A stretch of DNA of 64,000 nucleotides from a bacterium (GCA_965219955.1 OZ244799.1:704001-768000), one strand, 5' to 3'. Shown: positions 30,217 to 39,430, counted from the stretch's first letter. Program-made: numbers and translations. Notes: generated by a model from the letters alone, not told the origin.

Positions 30217-30240
30217 CGAATATCACCGACAGGCCATATC

Positions 30241-30275
30241 AAAGGCCGGCTCCCCTTGGGGGGGCCGGCCTTTTT
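30241..30275 (+). terminator. Intrinsic terminator after the permease
   Basis: AAAGGCCGGCTCCCC/GGGGGGCCGGCCTTT hairpin with a T run. Confidence 0.85.
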
Positions 30276-30294
30276 GTTTGCCGGTGATTCTCGC

Positions 30295-30580
30295 GGGCCG
30301 TTTGAAAAACTCCTCCGGGAGGAAGTGACGCCGACACCTCGGCCCGGTTTGCGGTTTTGGCCGTCATTCCGGCGAAAGCCGGAATCCATTGAATGATCTT
30401 TTGCCTTTTGTTTTATGTTCGATTCCGCTCCTCCCTGCCCGGGAGTGAATACGTCTGAGCGAGGAGGCGAAAAAACGAGAGCGAAAATGGATTCCGGCTT
30501 TCGCCGGAATGACGGCGGTGTGGACGGCCTCGACCCATGCGAGAGGGATTGCAGGGGTGGTTTACGGTGACGTTGAAAAA
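30295..30580. repeat. Repeat cluster with a 153-bp CGTCATTCCGGCGAAAGCCGGAATCCA-bounded element
   Basis: Inverted repeats at both ends of 30362-30514; core shared with 4048-4262; TIR-like end at 30295. Confidence 0.88.
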
Positions 30581-30600
30581 CCTCTCGTGCGGGAGCCGCG

Positions 30601-31353
30601 CTAGTTGCCGCGCACCGCTTCGGTCGCCTGGTGTTCGAGTTCGATCACCCTCGGGTCGAACGGGTCCCGGGGGCGCGGCACGTCCACGATGATCTCTTTA
30701 TGGACGACTCCCGGCTGGCCCGCGAGAACGATGATCCTGTCCGCGAGGTAGACCGCTTCGCTCAGGTTGTGCGTGACGTAGAAGATGGTCTTTTTCGTTT
30801 TTTCCCACACCTCGACCGTCAGCGACTGGAGGTTCTCGCGCGTCTGCGCGTCGAGCGCGCCGAAGGGCTCGTCCATCAGCATGAACTGGGGCTCGTAGGC
30901 GTACGCCCGCGCCACGGCGACGCGCTGCTTCATGCCGCCCGAGAGGTTGTGGGGATAGAGATGCGTGAACTTCTCGAGGTGAACGAGTTCCAGGTATTCC
31001 TGCGCCTTTTGCATGCGCTCTTCCTTGCCCAGGCCCTTCATCTCCAGGCCGAACTCGACGTTCCTGAGAGCGGTGCGCCACGGGAAAAGCGCGTATTCCT
31101 GAAACACGACGCCCCGGTTCATGCGGCCCGCCGCCGAGATGGGGTTGCCGTCGAGCAGAATGGAGCCCGCCGTATGGTTCAGGAACCCTGCGAGAATGTT
31201 CAGCAGCGTGGTCTTCCCGCATCCGGAGAGCCCCACGACGCAGACGAACTCGCCGTCCTGGATGTCGAGGTTGATGTCCTTTAAGGCATGAACCCTTCTG
31301 TCCTTCAGGTAGTATTCCATGTGCAGGTCTTTGATGCTTACTTTCACCGGCAT
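30601..31353 (-). CDS. ABC transporter ATP-binding protein, NitT/TauT type
   Basis: GLSGCGKT, VFQEYALFPW, LSGGMKQR, DEPFGALD, VTH. Confidence 0.95.
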   Translation of the reverse strand: MPVKVSIKDLHMEYYLKDRRVHALKDINLDIQDGEFVCVVGLSGCGKTTLLNILAGFLNHTAGSILLDGNPISAAGRMNRGVVFQEYALFPWRTALRNVEFGLEMKGLGKEERMQKAQEYLELVHLEKFTHLYPHNLSGGMKQRVAVARAYAYEPQFMLMDEPFGALDAQTRENLQSLTVEVWEKTKKTIFYVTHNLSEAVYLADRIIVLAGQPGVVHKEIIVDVPRPRDPFDPRVIELEHQATEAVRGN

Positions 31354-31485
31354 GTTGTTCGGTCCTTATGAGATATTTGACGTAGCGTGATTTCGCTGTT
31401 TTATCTTTTGTGATGAATCCGAAAAATAACGCAGATGAATCGCCCCCGTCAATTCCGTCAGGCTCCGCGAACCGTTTCTCCCGAA

Positions 31486-32337
31486 TCAGAAAAAAGCAGA
31501 GATTCCCTCGAAGTTCATGACGAGGAGGATGACGCCCATCAGGAACAGAATAACCGTAACGATCCGGAAGAACGCCTGATCCGTAAAAATGTTGTATATC
31601 TTCGTCCCCACGAAAAAGCCGAGCAGCACGGGCGTCATCAGGATGAGGATGAGCCAAAGGGCCGTCGCGCCGATGTAGCCCGCGGCCGCGATGGAGGCGA
31701 TGGCCGCGACTCTGAGCACGACCTGGCTCGCGCTCAGCACGAAAAGATAGCGCTCCTTGGAGATTTTCATCCCCGTGAGGTAGGAGGCGATAACGTGGGA
31801 GGGAATGTTGATCGTGCCCAGCATGAGTCCTGCGACCGCTCCCATGCCGAGGGAGCGTTTGAGGGAGTCCTCGGGTGCTGGTTTTTCGGGCTGAAGCCAC
31901 TGCCAGACGATCTGGCAGATCAGGAAGGCGCCCAGGATGAATTTCATCAGGCGCGGGTCCGTGTTCAGGAGGATCGTGAGGCCGACGGCCAGGCCCACCA
32001 GGCTCATGGAGAAAAAGGGAATGAAGGGCCTCAAGCCCTCGTGGACGGCCGCGCGCGTTCGCCAGGCGTTCATGAGGCTCGTGCACAGGGTGGGGATGGA
32101 GATGACGGCGATGGCCGTCGGCAAATCCCAGAAAATGGCCACGGTGGGCGTCGTGAGGGTGGCGAAGCCGAACCCGCCCACCGCCTTGAGGCCCGAACCG
32201 ACGAACGCGGCGCAAAAAACCAGAATGTAGACCAGAGAACTCAAAATGACCCCGTAAAATAGAACTTTTACGCCAGGCGAGATGAGGCTGAAAGCGTCTC
32301 TCGAAGACGTGAACGGCTCAATGCGAGAAATCCGCAA
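31486..32337 (-). CDS. TSUP (TauE/SafE) family sulfite/organosulfur transporter
   Basis: GLKAVGGFGFA motif, about 8 TM helices; start codon uncertain, probably downstream of 32337. Confidence 0.8.
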   Translation of the reverse strand: MRISRIEPFTSSRDAFSLISPGVKVLFYGVILSSLVYILVFCAAFVGSGLKAVGGFGFATLTTPTVAIFWDLPTAIAVISIPTLCTSLMNAWRTRAAVHEGLRPFIPFFSMSLVGLAVGLTILLNTDPRLMKFILGAFLICQIVWQWLQPEKPAPEDSLKRSLGMGAVAGLMLGTINIPSHVIASYLTGMKISKERYLFVLSASQVVLRVAAIASIAAAGYIGATALWLILILMTPVLLGFFVGTKIYNIFTDQAFFRIVTVILFLMGVILLVMNFEGISAFF

Positions 32338-32508
32338 ACATGGCGCTGAACCTTGACGCCGCTGCGATTATATCGGCATTATAACCGCCAACCCTGAGTA
32401 CGGGAAATCTCACAGGCTTGTTTCATCGTCATGTGTCGGATGCCCCTTTCGACATCTGAAACCGAGCCGTCAACCACGGCTTCGGCGCACTGGAATCGAG
32501 GGTTTCGA

Positions 32509-33579
32509 ATGGATTTTTCCTTGTTCTACATCCTGTATCGCCCCGAAGACATGACCGAGGTTCAGGTCCATGAGGATATGATCGTAGAGAGCATCCTGGC
32601 GGATGAGTTGGGCTACTCTTGCGTCTGGTACGCCGAGCATCACTTCTCCCGGGTCGGGATGATCCCCGATCCGCTTCTCATCTGCGCCGCAGTCGCGCAA
32701 AAGACGAAAAAAATTCACGTAGGCACGGCCATTTCCATCATGTCGTTCCACGATCCCATCCGCCTGGCCGAGCAGGCGGCCATGGTCGATCTCCTGAGCG
32801 GCGGCAGGCTCGAGCTGGGTATCGGGCGCGGCTCCCAGCCCAAGGAGTTTCAGGGGTTCGGCGCCAAGCCGTCTGAAAGCCGCGAGCGCCTGAAAGAGGG
32901 GCTCCATATCCTCTCCCGCCTTCTGGAAGGGGAGAAGGTGACGTTTGAGGGCCGGCATCATCAGTGCGCGGACGTCGAAATCTTCCCCAAGCCCCTGCAA
33001 AAGCCCAGGCCCCCCATCTGGCTGGCGGGAACGAGCCCCGAGACCTACACCTATGCGGGCGAGAACGGCTTCAAGGTGATGGCGTCTGCCGGCTTTACGG
33101 GTCCGGAAGTCTACAAGCAGAAGTTCGGGCTTTACGAGGACGCCATCCGAAAGTCGGGCGGCGACCCCGCCGGGATCGACAGGCCGCTCGTTCACCACAT
33201 CCATGTATGCGACGCCGAGGATGCGGACGAATGCTTCAACCTCACGGTGGAAGGCGAGGGCGAGTACCTGCGCTACCGGGCGAAGATGAACGAGGTGGAA
33301 ATGCCCGAGGAAGAGGCGAGGCACCTGAAGCGCAACTGGAGTTATGAACTGGACGTCGCCGAGATCGTCAGGGGCGGCGGCATCATCGCCGATCCGGGGG
33401 CCGTGGCCGAAGACATTTGCAGGCTGCGGGATGAGTACGGGGTCAATCACGTCATCCTGGCGCCCTGGCGCGGGCCGGACCACGCTTCGGTGATGCGCTC
33501 GATAGAGAGCTTTGCAAACGACGTCATGCCGCTGGTGAACGCCACCGCGCCCGTCGGCACAGGTGGAAGTCAGACTTGA
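32509..33579 (+). CDS. Luciferase-like (LLM) flavin-dependent monooxygenase
   Basis: WYAEHHF, PIRLAEQAAMVDLLSGGRLELGIGRG, PKPLQKPRPPIW. Confidence 0.93.
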   Translation: MDFSLFYILYRPEDMTEVQVHEDMIVESILADELGYSCVWYAEHHFSRVGMIPDPLLICAAVAQKTKKIHVGTAISIMSFHDPIRLAEQAAMVDLLSGGRLELGIGRGSQPKEFQGFGAKPSESRERLKEGLHILSRLLEGEKVTFEGRHHQCADVEIFPKPLQKPRPPIWLAGTSPETYTYAGENGFKVMASAGFTGPEVYKQKFGLYEDAIRKSGGDPAGIDRPLVHHIHVCDAEDADECFNLTVEGEGEYLRYRAKMNEVEMPEEEARHLKRNWSYELDVAEIVRGGGIIADPGAVAEDICRLRDEYGVNHVILAPWRGPDHASVMRSIESFANDVMPLVNATAPVGTGGSQT

Positions 33580-33626
33580 TGTCTTGATGGTTTCTTTTGG
33601 TCTCAAAATTCAGGAGGCGCTTTGTC

Positions 33627-34607
33627 GTGGGAATCAGTTTTAGTCTTCATTTGGTGCCGGATGACATCCGGGTCGTGGCGGAGCGTTCGAAATACGCCGA
33701 GGACAACGGTTTCGAACAGGTCTGGATAGCGGAGAGCCACCTCACCTGCCGGGATCACAACATCGCGCTCGCCCTGGCGATAGAGAACACCTCGCACGTG
33801 AAAATCGGCCCCGGCGTGACGAATCCGGTGCTGCACGACGACAGCGTGGCGGCGAGCGCCATCGCCACGCTCGATGAACTCTCGGGCGGCCGCGTGCTGT
33901 TCGGCATCGGCTCGGGCGATACGCCCGTCTACACGCTGGGCAAGAAGATGGCCCGGCTCGCCCGGATGCGCGAATCCATCGCGGCCATACGCGCGTTCAC
34001 GCGCGGCGAGACGGTGGAATACGCCGAGGGCGTGAACGTGAACATGTGGTGTGAGCGGAATATCCCCATCTACACCTCCGCCGAAGGCCCCAGGACGCTC
34101 GCCATGTCGGCCGAAGTCGCGGAAGGCGTCATCGTGGGTTCTGGCGTCTACCAGGAGACGGTGGACTGGGTGATGAAGCACCTGAACGAGGGGATGGCGA
34201 ACCGCGATCCCTCCCTCGGCGAGATGGACGTCATATTCGGCGCGGTCGTCTCGGTGGATACCGACAGCGTGCGCGCGCGGGAGAAGGTGCGGGCGCGGGT
34301 GGCGAACCGCGCGCACCATAACTTCCGCATGACGCTCGACTCCGTGCCCGAGCCGTACAGGCCCGAAATCAAGCACCTCCTGGACAACTTCGACGTGAGC
34401 AACTGGCGGGATCCCAAGCACGTGCCCCTCATCACCGACTACATCCTGGACCGCTTCACCATCACGGGAACGCCCGAGGAGTGCGTCGACCGCATCCAGG
34501 AGATCGAGTCCTACGGGGTCAAGAGCATCATGATCGACCCCCCGAACCAGGATTTCGACGAATCTCTCAGAATGTTCACCGAAGAGGTTTTGCCCAGGTG
34601 CGTATGA
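33627..34607 (+). CDS. LLM oxidoreductase of the Mer-like (possibly F420-dependent) group
   Basis: IGPGVTNP, IATLDELSGGRVLFGIGSGD, AEGPRTL, GTPEECV; GTG after GGAGG. Confidence 0.85.
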   Translation: MGISFSLHLVPDDIRVVAERSKYAEDNGFEQVWIAESHLTCRDHNIALALAIENTSHVKIGPGVTNPVLHDDSVAASAIATLDELSGGRVLFGIGSGDTPVYTLGKKMARLARMRESIAAIRAFTRGETVEYAEGVNVNMWCERNIPIYTSAEGPRTLAMSAEVAEGVIVGSGVYQETVDWVMKHLNEGMANRDPSLGEMDVIFGAVVSVDTDSVRAREKVRARVANRAHHNFRMTLDSVPEPYRPEIKHLLDNFDVSNWRDPKHVPLITDYILDRFTITGTPEECVDRIQEIESYGVKSIMIDPPNQDFDESLRMFTEEVLPRCV

Positions 34608-34617
34608 CCGCATCCCG

Positions 34618-34638
34618 GGCGGAATCGACCGCCTTTTT
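34618..34638 (+). terminator. Short intra-operon terminator-like hairpin
   Basis: GGCGG-AATCGA-CCGCC followed by TTTTT. Confidence 0.4.
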
Positions 34639-34655
34639 CATATGAGGAACCCAAC

Positions 34656-35054
34656 ATGGCGCTGATACCCGATTCTCATGCCGGCATTCTCGACACCAAG
34701 GCCCTCCTGTATCTGGGCACCCAGAACAAGGACGGCTCCCCGCAGGTTTCTCCCGTGTGGTTCGGCACCAACGGCGACATCATCGAGGTCAATTCGGCCA
34801 AGGGCCGCCTGAAGGACCTGAACATGCGGGCGCGCCCGCAGGTGTCCATCGCCATCGTCGACCCCGAAAACGCCTACAGGTGGGTGGGGATACAGGGTAC
34901 GGTGGTGGAGATCACCGAAAACGGGGCGGAGGAGCACATCGACGTCCTGGCGAACAAGTACCTGGGGGTGGACAGCTACCCGAACCGCCAGGAGGGGCAG
35001 GTGCGCGTGATCTACCGCATCCGGGCGGACAAGGTGTTCACCATGGGCGCGTAA
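34656..35054 (+). CDS. PPOX-class (split beta-barrel) probable F420-dependent oxidoreductase
   Basis: DGSPQVSPVW, GRLKDLNMRARPQV, HIDVLANKYLG..YP, RVIYRI. Confidence 0.88.
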   Translation: MALIPDSHAGILDTKALLYLGTQNKDGSPQVSPVWFGTNGDIIEVNSAKGRLKDLNMRARPQVSIAIVDPENAYRWVGIQGTVVEITENGAEEHIDVLANKYLGVDSYPNRQEGQVRVIYRIRADKVFTMGA

Positions 35055-35099
35055 GCCGCCCGGCGCGCACGATTTTTGTACGGGACGGAGACCTGAAAG

Positions 35100-36155
35100 A
35101 TGAAATTCTCGCTTTTCTATATTCCTGCTTGTCAGGAGGGAGAAAGCTACAAGCACGAGTTCGATCAGCTGATCGAACAATGCGAGGTGGCCGACGGACT
35201 CGGCTACGACACGGTGTTCCTCGCCGAGCACCACTTCTCCCGCGTGGGCATGTGCCCCGACGCCCTGATGGTCGCGCTCGCCATCGCGCAGCGAACGAAG
35301 AAGATCAGGATCGGCACGGCCATCTGCATCATGCCGTTCCACAACCCGGTGCGTCTGGCGGAGCAGGCCGCCCTGGTCGACGTGCTGAGCGGCGGCCGCC
35401 TGGAGTTGGGCGTCGGCAGAGGCTCCCAGCCCAAGGAGTTCCAGGGCTTCAACATCTCGCCGTCCGAGAGCAGGGAGAAGATGCAGGAGGGACTCGAGGT
35501 GATGACGCGCCTGCTGGAGGGCGAATGCCTCACCTATCACGGGAAGCACTACAGCTGCGTCGACGCGGAGATTTTCCCCAAACCCATCCAGAAGCCGCGC
35601 CCTCCCATCTGGCTGGCCGGCACGAGCCCCGAAACCTACGTCTTCGCGGGCCAGAGAGGGTACAACATCATGGCGTCGGGCACCTTCAAGGGGCCGGACG
35701 TGTATCTCGAGAAAATGGCGCTCTTCCAGGAGACGGTGCGGAACCGCGGCGGCGACCCGAGCGATTATCCCTCCCTCATGGCGCACCACGTCCACGTGTG
35801 CGACGACCCCGAACACGCCTGGCGGCAGATCGAACCCTCCGAATCCTGGTATCTCTCCTACCGCAGCGCGGTGAATTCCATCGAGATGCCGCTGGAGGAG
35901 AAAGAGGCCCTCAAGCGCAACTGGAGCTACGACGTCGACATCCGCCAGGTCATCGAGGGCGGCGGCGTCATCGGTCCGCCCGAGAAGGTGATCGCCGATC
36001 TCAAGCGGCTCCAGAAGGAGTTCCAGGTGAATCACATCATGATCTTCGTGCTGCGCGGCATCGCGCAGGACGAGGCGATTCAGTCGATAGAGCGGTTTGC
36101 GAAAGAGGTGATGCCCGCGTTCGCCGAAGAGCGCGCGGCGAGTTCCAGCGAATAA
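35100..36155 (+). CDS. Luciferase-like (LLM) monooxygenase, paralog of 32509-33579
   Basis: AEHHFSRVGM, GRGSQPKEFQGF, PIWLAGTSPETY and LKRNWSY shared with the paralog. Confidence 0.93.
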   Translation: MKFSLFYIPACQEGESYKHEFDQLIEQCEVADGLGYDTVFLAEHHFSRVGMCPDALMVALAIAQRTKKIRIGTAICIMPFHNPVRLAEQAALVDVLSGGRLELGVGRGSQPKEFQGFNISPSESREKMQEGLEVMTRLLEGECLTYHGKHYSCVDAEIFPKPIQKPRPPIWLAGTSPETYVFAGQRGYNIMASGTFKGPDVYLEKMALFQETVRNRGGDPSDYPSLMAHHVHVCDDPEHAWRQIEPSESWYLSYRSAVNSIEMPLEEKEALKRNWSYDVDIRQVIEGGGVIGPPEKVIADLKRLQKEFQVNHIMIFVLRGIAQDEAIQSIERFAKEVMPAFAEERAASSSE

Positions 36156-36179
36156 CACCGGTATCGAGGAGAACGGAGA

Positions 36180-36779
36180 ATGTGGATATCCCCCTTAAGG
36201 CTGAATGACGCCCAGGAACCCGCGCGCGGGATTCTCGAGGGCATCCGGGCGAAACGAGGCGCGGTTCCCAAGCTGCTGCTCACGATGGCGCGCAGGCCCG
36301 AAGTGCTGAACGGACGCCAGACGATGAACATGGCCGTCCACGGCGGCAATTCGACGCTGGGCCAGAGGCGCGAGGAGCTGATCTCCTACTACGTCGCCAC
36401 CATCGGCGGGTGCTATGGCTGAACGATGAACCATGGCCAGGCTTTCCGTGCTGAAAGCGGCGACGACGTAACGCTGGCCGACGTGGCCACCGTGGTGACG
36501 GACAGGGACAATTCCCCGGCCCTCGACGATGCCGACAAGGCGATGCTCGCCTTCGCCGAAAAACTCACGTTCGACCACTACGCCATGAGCGAGGCGGACC
36601 TGGACGAGTTGCGCGAGGCGGGCTTCTCGGATGAGAACGTGCTGGACATCATCGGCTCCGTCTCGTACCGGAACATGAGCAACCGGCTGAACATCGCGCT
36701 CGGCCTGGACGCCATAGAACCCGAAGGCCCCGACGAGTTGATGGAGGTGGTGCGCTTCTCCCGAACCGCGCGGGCTTGA
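36180..36779 (+). CDS. AhpD/CMD-family peroxidase-related protein, predicted selenoprotein (Sec at codon 81)
   Basis: ORFs 36180-36422 and 36426-36779 are in frame; read-through gives RREELISYYVATIGGCYG-U-TMNHG and an intact 199-aa AhpD-like sequence (AMLAFAEKLT, LREAGFSDE, NMSNRL); GGAG only before 36180. Confidence 0.85.
36423..36461 (+). promoter_or_regulatory. Putative bacterial SECIS element
   Basis: GCTTTC-CGTGCT-GAAAGC hairpin at 36441-36458; loop starts 24 nt after the UGA with G then U at loop positions 2-3. Confidence 0.7.
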
Positions 36780-36899
36780 AATCGTACATCCGTTCGCCGG
36801 CCGGGCAGGTCCGGGCCGGTGATTACCAGGCAAAATAATTGCCATCGTTCATTTGCGGCCCTCTGCGGACGCGATACAAAGCAGAAAGGAACAGTTTCC

Positions 36900-37670
36900 A
36901 TGTCAGACCTCACCATCCGTCCGCTGAACTGCGGCACCATTCACACGGATTACTCCAATATGGTGTATTGGACGAACTTCGGGACGAAACTCGAGATTCC
37001 CTCGTTCATCTACATGATCGAGGGGGCGAAGGACCACGACGGAAACGACGTGAAGGTCGTGGTCGACACCAGTTTCCTGGACCCCGAGCGCGGCGGCGCA
37101 CCCTGGCCCGCCAGCCGGGAACCCGGCCAGGGCGTGCGCGATCAGCTCGAAGGAGCGGGCTGGAAGCCCGAGGAAGTGGACATCCTCATCCTCACGCACC
37201 TCCACTGGGACCATTCGCAGAACTGCGACCTGTTCACCAACGCGATCAAGTACGTCTGGGCGGAGGAGCTTCAATACTCCATGTGCCCGGTGGCGCTGCA
37301 GGCGAAGCCCTACGACGCGCCGATCCACCCCAACACCCGCTGGCCGGTGATCGCCCAGCAGGGCATCATTTTCGAGCCCATCTGGAAGGACAATACCGAG
37401 ATCGTGCCGGGCGTCACCTATTTCCACACGCCGGGCCACACGCCGGGGCACTGCTCGGTCGCCGTGGAGACGCGCGTGGGCACCTACGTCATCGCCGCCG
37501 ACGTCATCCAGATCAACGAAGGCCTCGAGCGCCGTGTTCCCGCCGGCCAGATGTCGAGCATGCGCGACGCGATGGACTCCATCCACAAGTGCATCGAACG
37601 CGCCACGAAGGAGGAATACATCCTGCCCGGGCACGAGATTTCCGTGCTGGAGAAGGAAGTCTATCCATAG
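36900..37670 (+). CDS. Metallo-beta-lactamase fold hydrolase, N-acyl homoserine lactonase family
   Basis: VVDT, THLHWDH, TPGHTPGH, AAD, PGHE. Confidence 0.88.
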   Translation: MSDLTIRPLNCGTIHTDYSNMVYWTNFGTKLEIPSFIYMIEGAKDHDGNDVKVVVDTSFLDPERGGAPWPASREPGQGVRDQLEGAGWKPEEVDILILTHLHWDHSQNCDLFTNAIKYVWAEELQYSMCPVALQAKPYDAPIHPNTRWPVIAQQGIIFEPIWKDNTEIVPGVTYFHTPGHTPGHCSVAVETRVGTYVIAADVIQINEGLERRVPAGQMSSMRDAMDSIHKCIERATKEEYILPGHEISVLEKEVYP

Positions 37671-37723
37671 GGGCGGATAACGCTCGCCGGTATGAGCGGG
37701 TGTCTGCATAAGGAGGATTCACG

Positions 37724-38101
37724 ATGGCGATGAGCGAGCGGGGCAGGGCCTTGTACGAGGAGATGAAGGCGGCGCGGGGGTTCATCTACCCGGCGTACGA
37801 ACTCCTGTGCGAGGTGGACCCGGAGCTTCTGGAGAACTACGAGAACCTGAAGAACCACATCATGAAGAAACAGGGCCCCTTTCACGAAAAATACAAGGAG
37901 CTCTTCATCGCCGTGGCGAGCGCCTCGCGCGACCCCTCCGACACCGAGGGCATCAAGAACCACCTCAAAAAGGCGCTGCAGCTCGGCGCGACCGTCGAGG
38001 AGGCGACCGAAGCGCTCGAGTGCATGCTGCCCCCCTGCGGCATGACGGCGCTCGTGGCCGGCTGCACGCAGCTCAAAGAGGTGATCGACGAGGGGTACTA
38101 G
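37724..38101 (+). CDS. Carboxymuconolactone decarboxylase (CMD) family protein
   Basis: KYKELFIAVA, HLKKALQLGATVEE, PCG. Confidence 0.85.
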   Translation: MAMSERGRALYEEMKAARGFIYPAYELLCEVDPELLENYENLKNHIMKKQGPFHEKYKELFIAVASASRDPSDTEGIKNHLKKALQLGATVEEATEALECMLPPCGMTALVAGCTQLKEVIDEGY

Positions 38102-38123
38102 AAGCAGGACTGAAAGCGGTTCG

Positions 38124-38157
38124 ACCGGGGGAGCCTGAAAACTCCCCCGGTTTTTTT
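38124..38157 (+). terminator. Intrinsic terminator ending the LLM/AhpD operon
   Basis: ACCGGGGGAG/CTCCCCCGGT stem followed by a T run. Confidence 0.9.
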
Positions 38158-38210
38158 GTGTGTGAGGGATGATGGTTCGAACATCGCTTCCTGCTGGTGC
38201 TGGAATTCTT

Positions 38211-38742
38211 TTCACTCCCCCCTTGAGGGGTCTGTTGAAAAAGTCCTGTCCGACCCTCGAGATTGTTCGCCGTAGGGACAGGCCTCCGTGCCTGTCCTGA
38301 CGAAGGACAACCACGAAGAGCAGGACAGGCACGGAGGCCTGTCCCTACAAAACCATCACGTCTGCGCCGCATGAACCTCCTTGCCGCCGATCCCGCATCA
38401 GGCTTTTTCAACAACCCCTTTGAGGGTCTGTTGAAAAAGTCCTCACATCTCTCTCGTCCTGAGTAGCGGCCCCTCGACTTCGCTCGGGGCAGGCTTTGCC
38501 CCCCATCTTCCTCATCCTGAGTAGCCGCCGAAGGCGGCGTATCGAAGGTCAATCGCGCCCAATGAGGAAGCGATTGCTCCGCATGTCGGAAGACGCCTTC
38601 CATCCTTCGATACGGCGCTTACGCGCCTACTCAGGATGAGGTTTTATGGCCACCTGCGCGGTAGGAAGGAGGGCCGCCGCGTAATCCCAATATGACCCGC
38701 TCCCGAATCAGGCTTCTTCAACAACCCCTCAAGGGGGAGTGG
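38211..38742. mobile_element. Two tandem TIR elements inside a CACTCCCCCCTTGAG/TCAAGGGGGAGTG palindrome
   Basis: 38228-38418 carries a GTAG REP; 38424-38728 carries a CCTCATCCTGAGTA REP; separated by 5 nt (TTTGA). Confidence 0.78.
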
Positions 38743-38950
38743 ATTTCCCTGCTCCCTGGATGGCAAAGCCCTCAAGCGGGGAGGAATTGAACCTCTTGCG
38801 AACCTGCAGGGGGACCGGTCGCGTCTCCCTGCCACTTCCGTGGTTGTCCCTCAACAGGACAGGCGCGGGGGCCTGTCCCTGCCTCCGGCTACTCCAGGGT
38901 GAAAATCAATTTCCACCATGCTTTTCCCCCGGGAGTTGCGCATTCGCGAT

Positions 38951-38975
38951 AAAGATGTATATAATATATATGTTT
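38951..38975 (+). promoter_or_regulatory. NsrR operator overlapping a -10 box
   Basis: AAGATGTATAT-A-ATATATATGTT (11-1-11 imperfect inverted repeat, 9/11) containing TATAAT at 38960-38965. Confidence 0.8.
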
Positions 38976-38989
38976 AGGAGGCGTGCTCC

Positions 38990-39430
38990 ATGCGGCTGAC
39001 CGTTCAGACAGACTATGCCCTCAGGATGCTGATGCATCTGGCCTGCCGCGCCGGTGCCCTGGTGACGATCCACGAGATCGCCGAGCGGTACGGGATCTCG
39101 AAAAACCACCTGGTGAAGGTCGCGCACGGGCTGGGCCGCGCGGGGTTCATTGAAACGCTCCGCGGGCGAAGCGGCGGCCTCAGGCTCGCCAGGCCGGCGG
39201 AGGAAATCCCCGTCGGGACGGTGGCGAGGCACACCGAACAAAACAGCGCCCTCGTCGAGTGTTTTCCGGGCGGAAGCGGGGGGTGCCTGGTGATGCCGCA
39301 CTGCAAACTGAAGGGCGTTCTGGCCGAAGCGCAGGAAGCCTTTTTCGCCGTTCTGGATCGCTATACCGTCCACGATCTGGTGAAACGCAATCCGGCGCTT
39401 CTCGAATTGCTTGCAGGAGACGGCGCATGA
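38990..39430 (+). CDS. nsrR: Rrf2 family NO-sensing repressor
   Basis: MRLTVQTDYALR, ISKNHLVKV, RGRSGG, three cysteines (VECF...GCL.MPHC). Confidence 0.9.
   Translation: MRLTVQTDYALRMLMHLACRAGALVTIHEIAERYGISKNHLVKVAHGLGRAGFIETLRGRSGGLRLARPAEEIPVGTVARHTEQNSALVECFPGGSGGCLVMPHCKLKGVLAEAQEAFFAVLDRYTVHDLVKRNPALLELLAGDGA

Noticed and set aside
36180-36779. Two separate small genes or a nonsense pseudogene
   Set aside because: The TGA falls exactly on the redox cysteine position, both halves look intact, and a SECIS-like hairpin follows.
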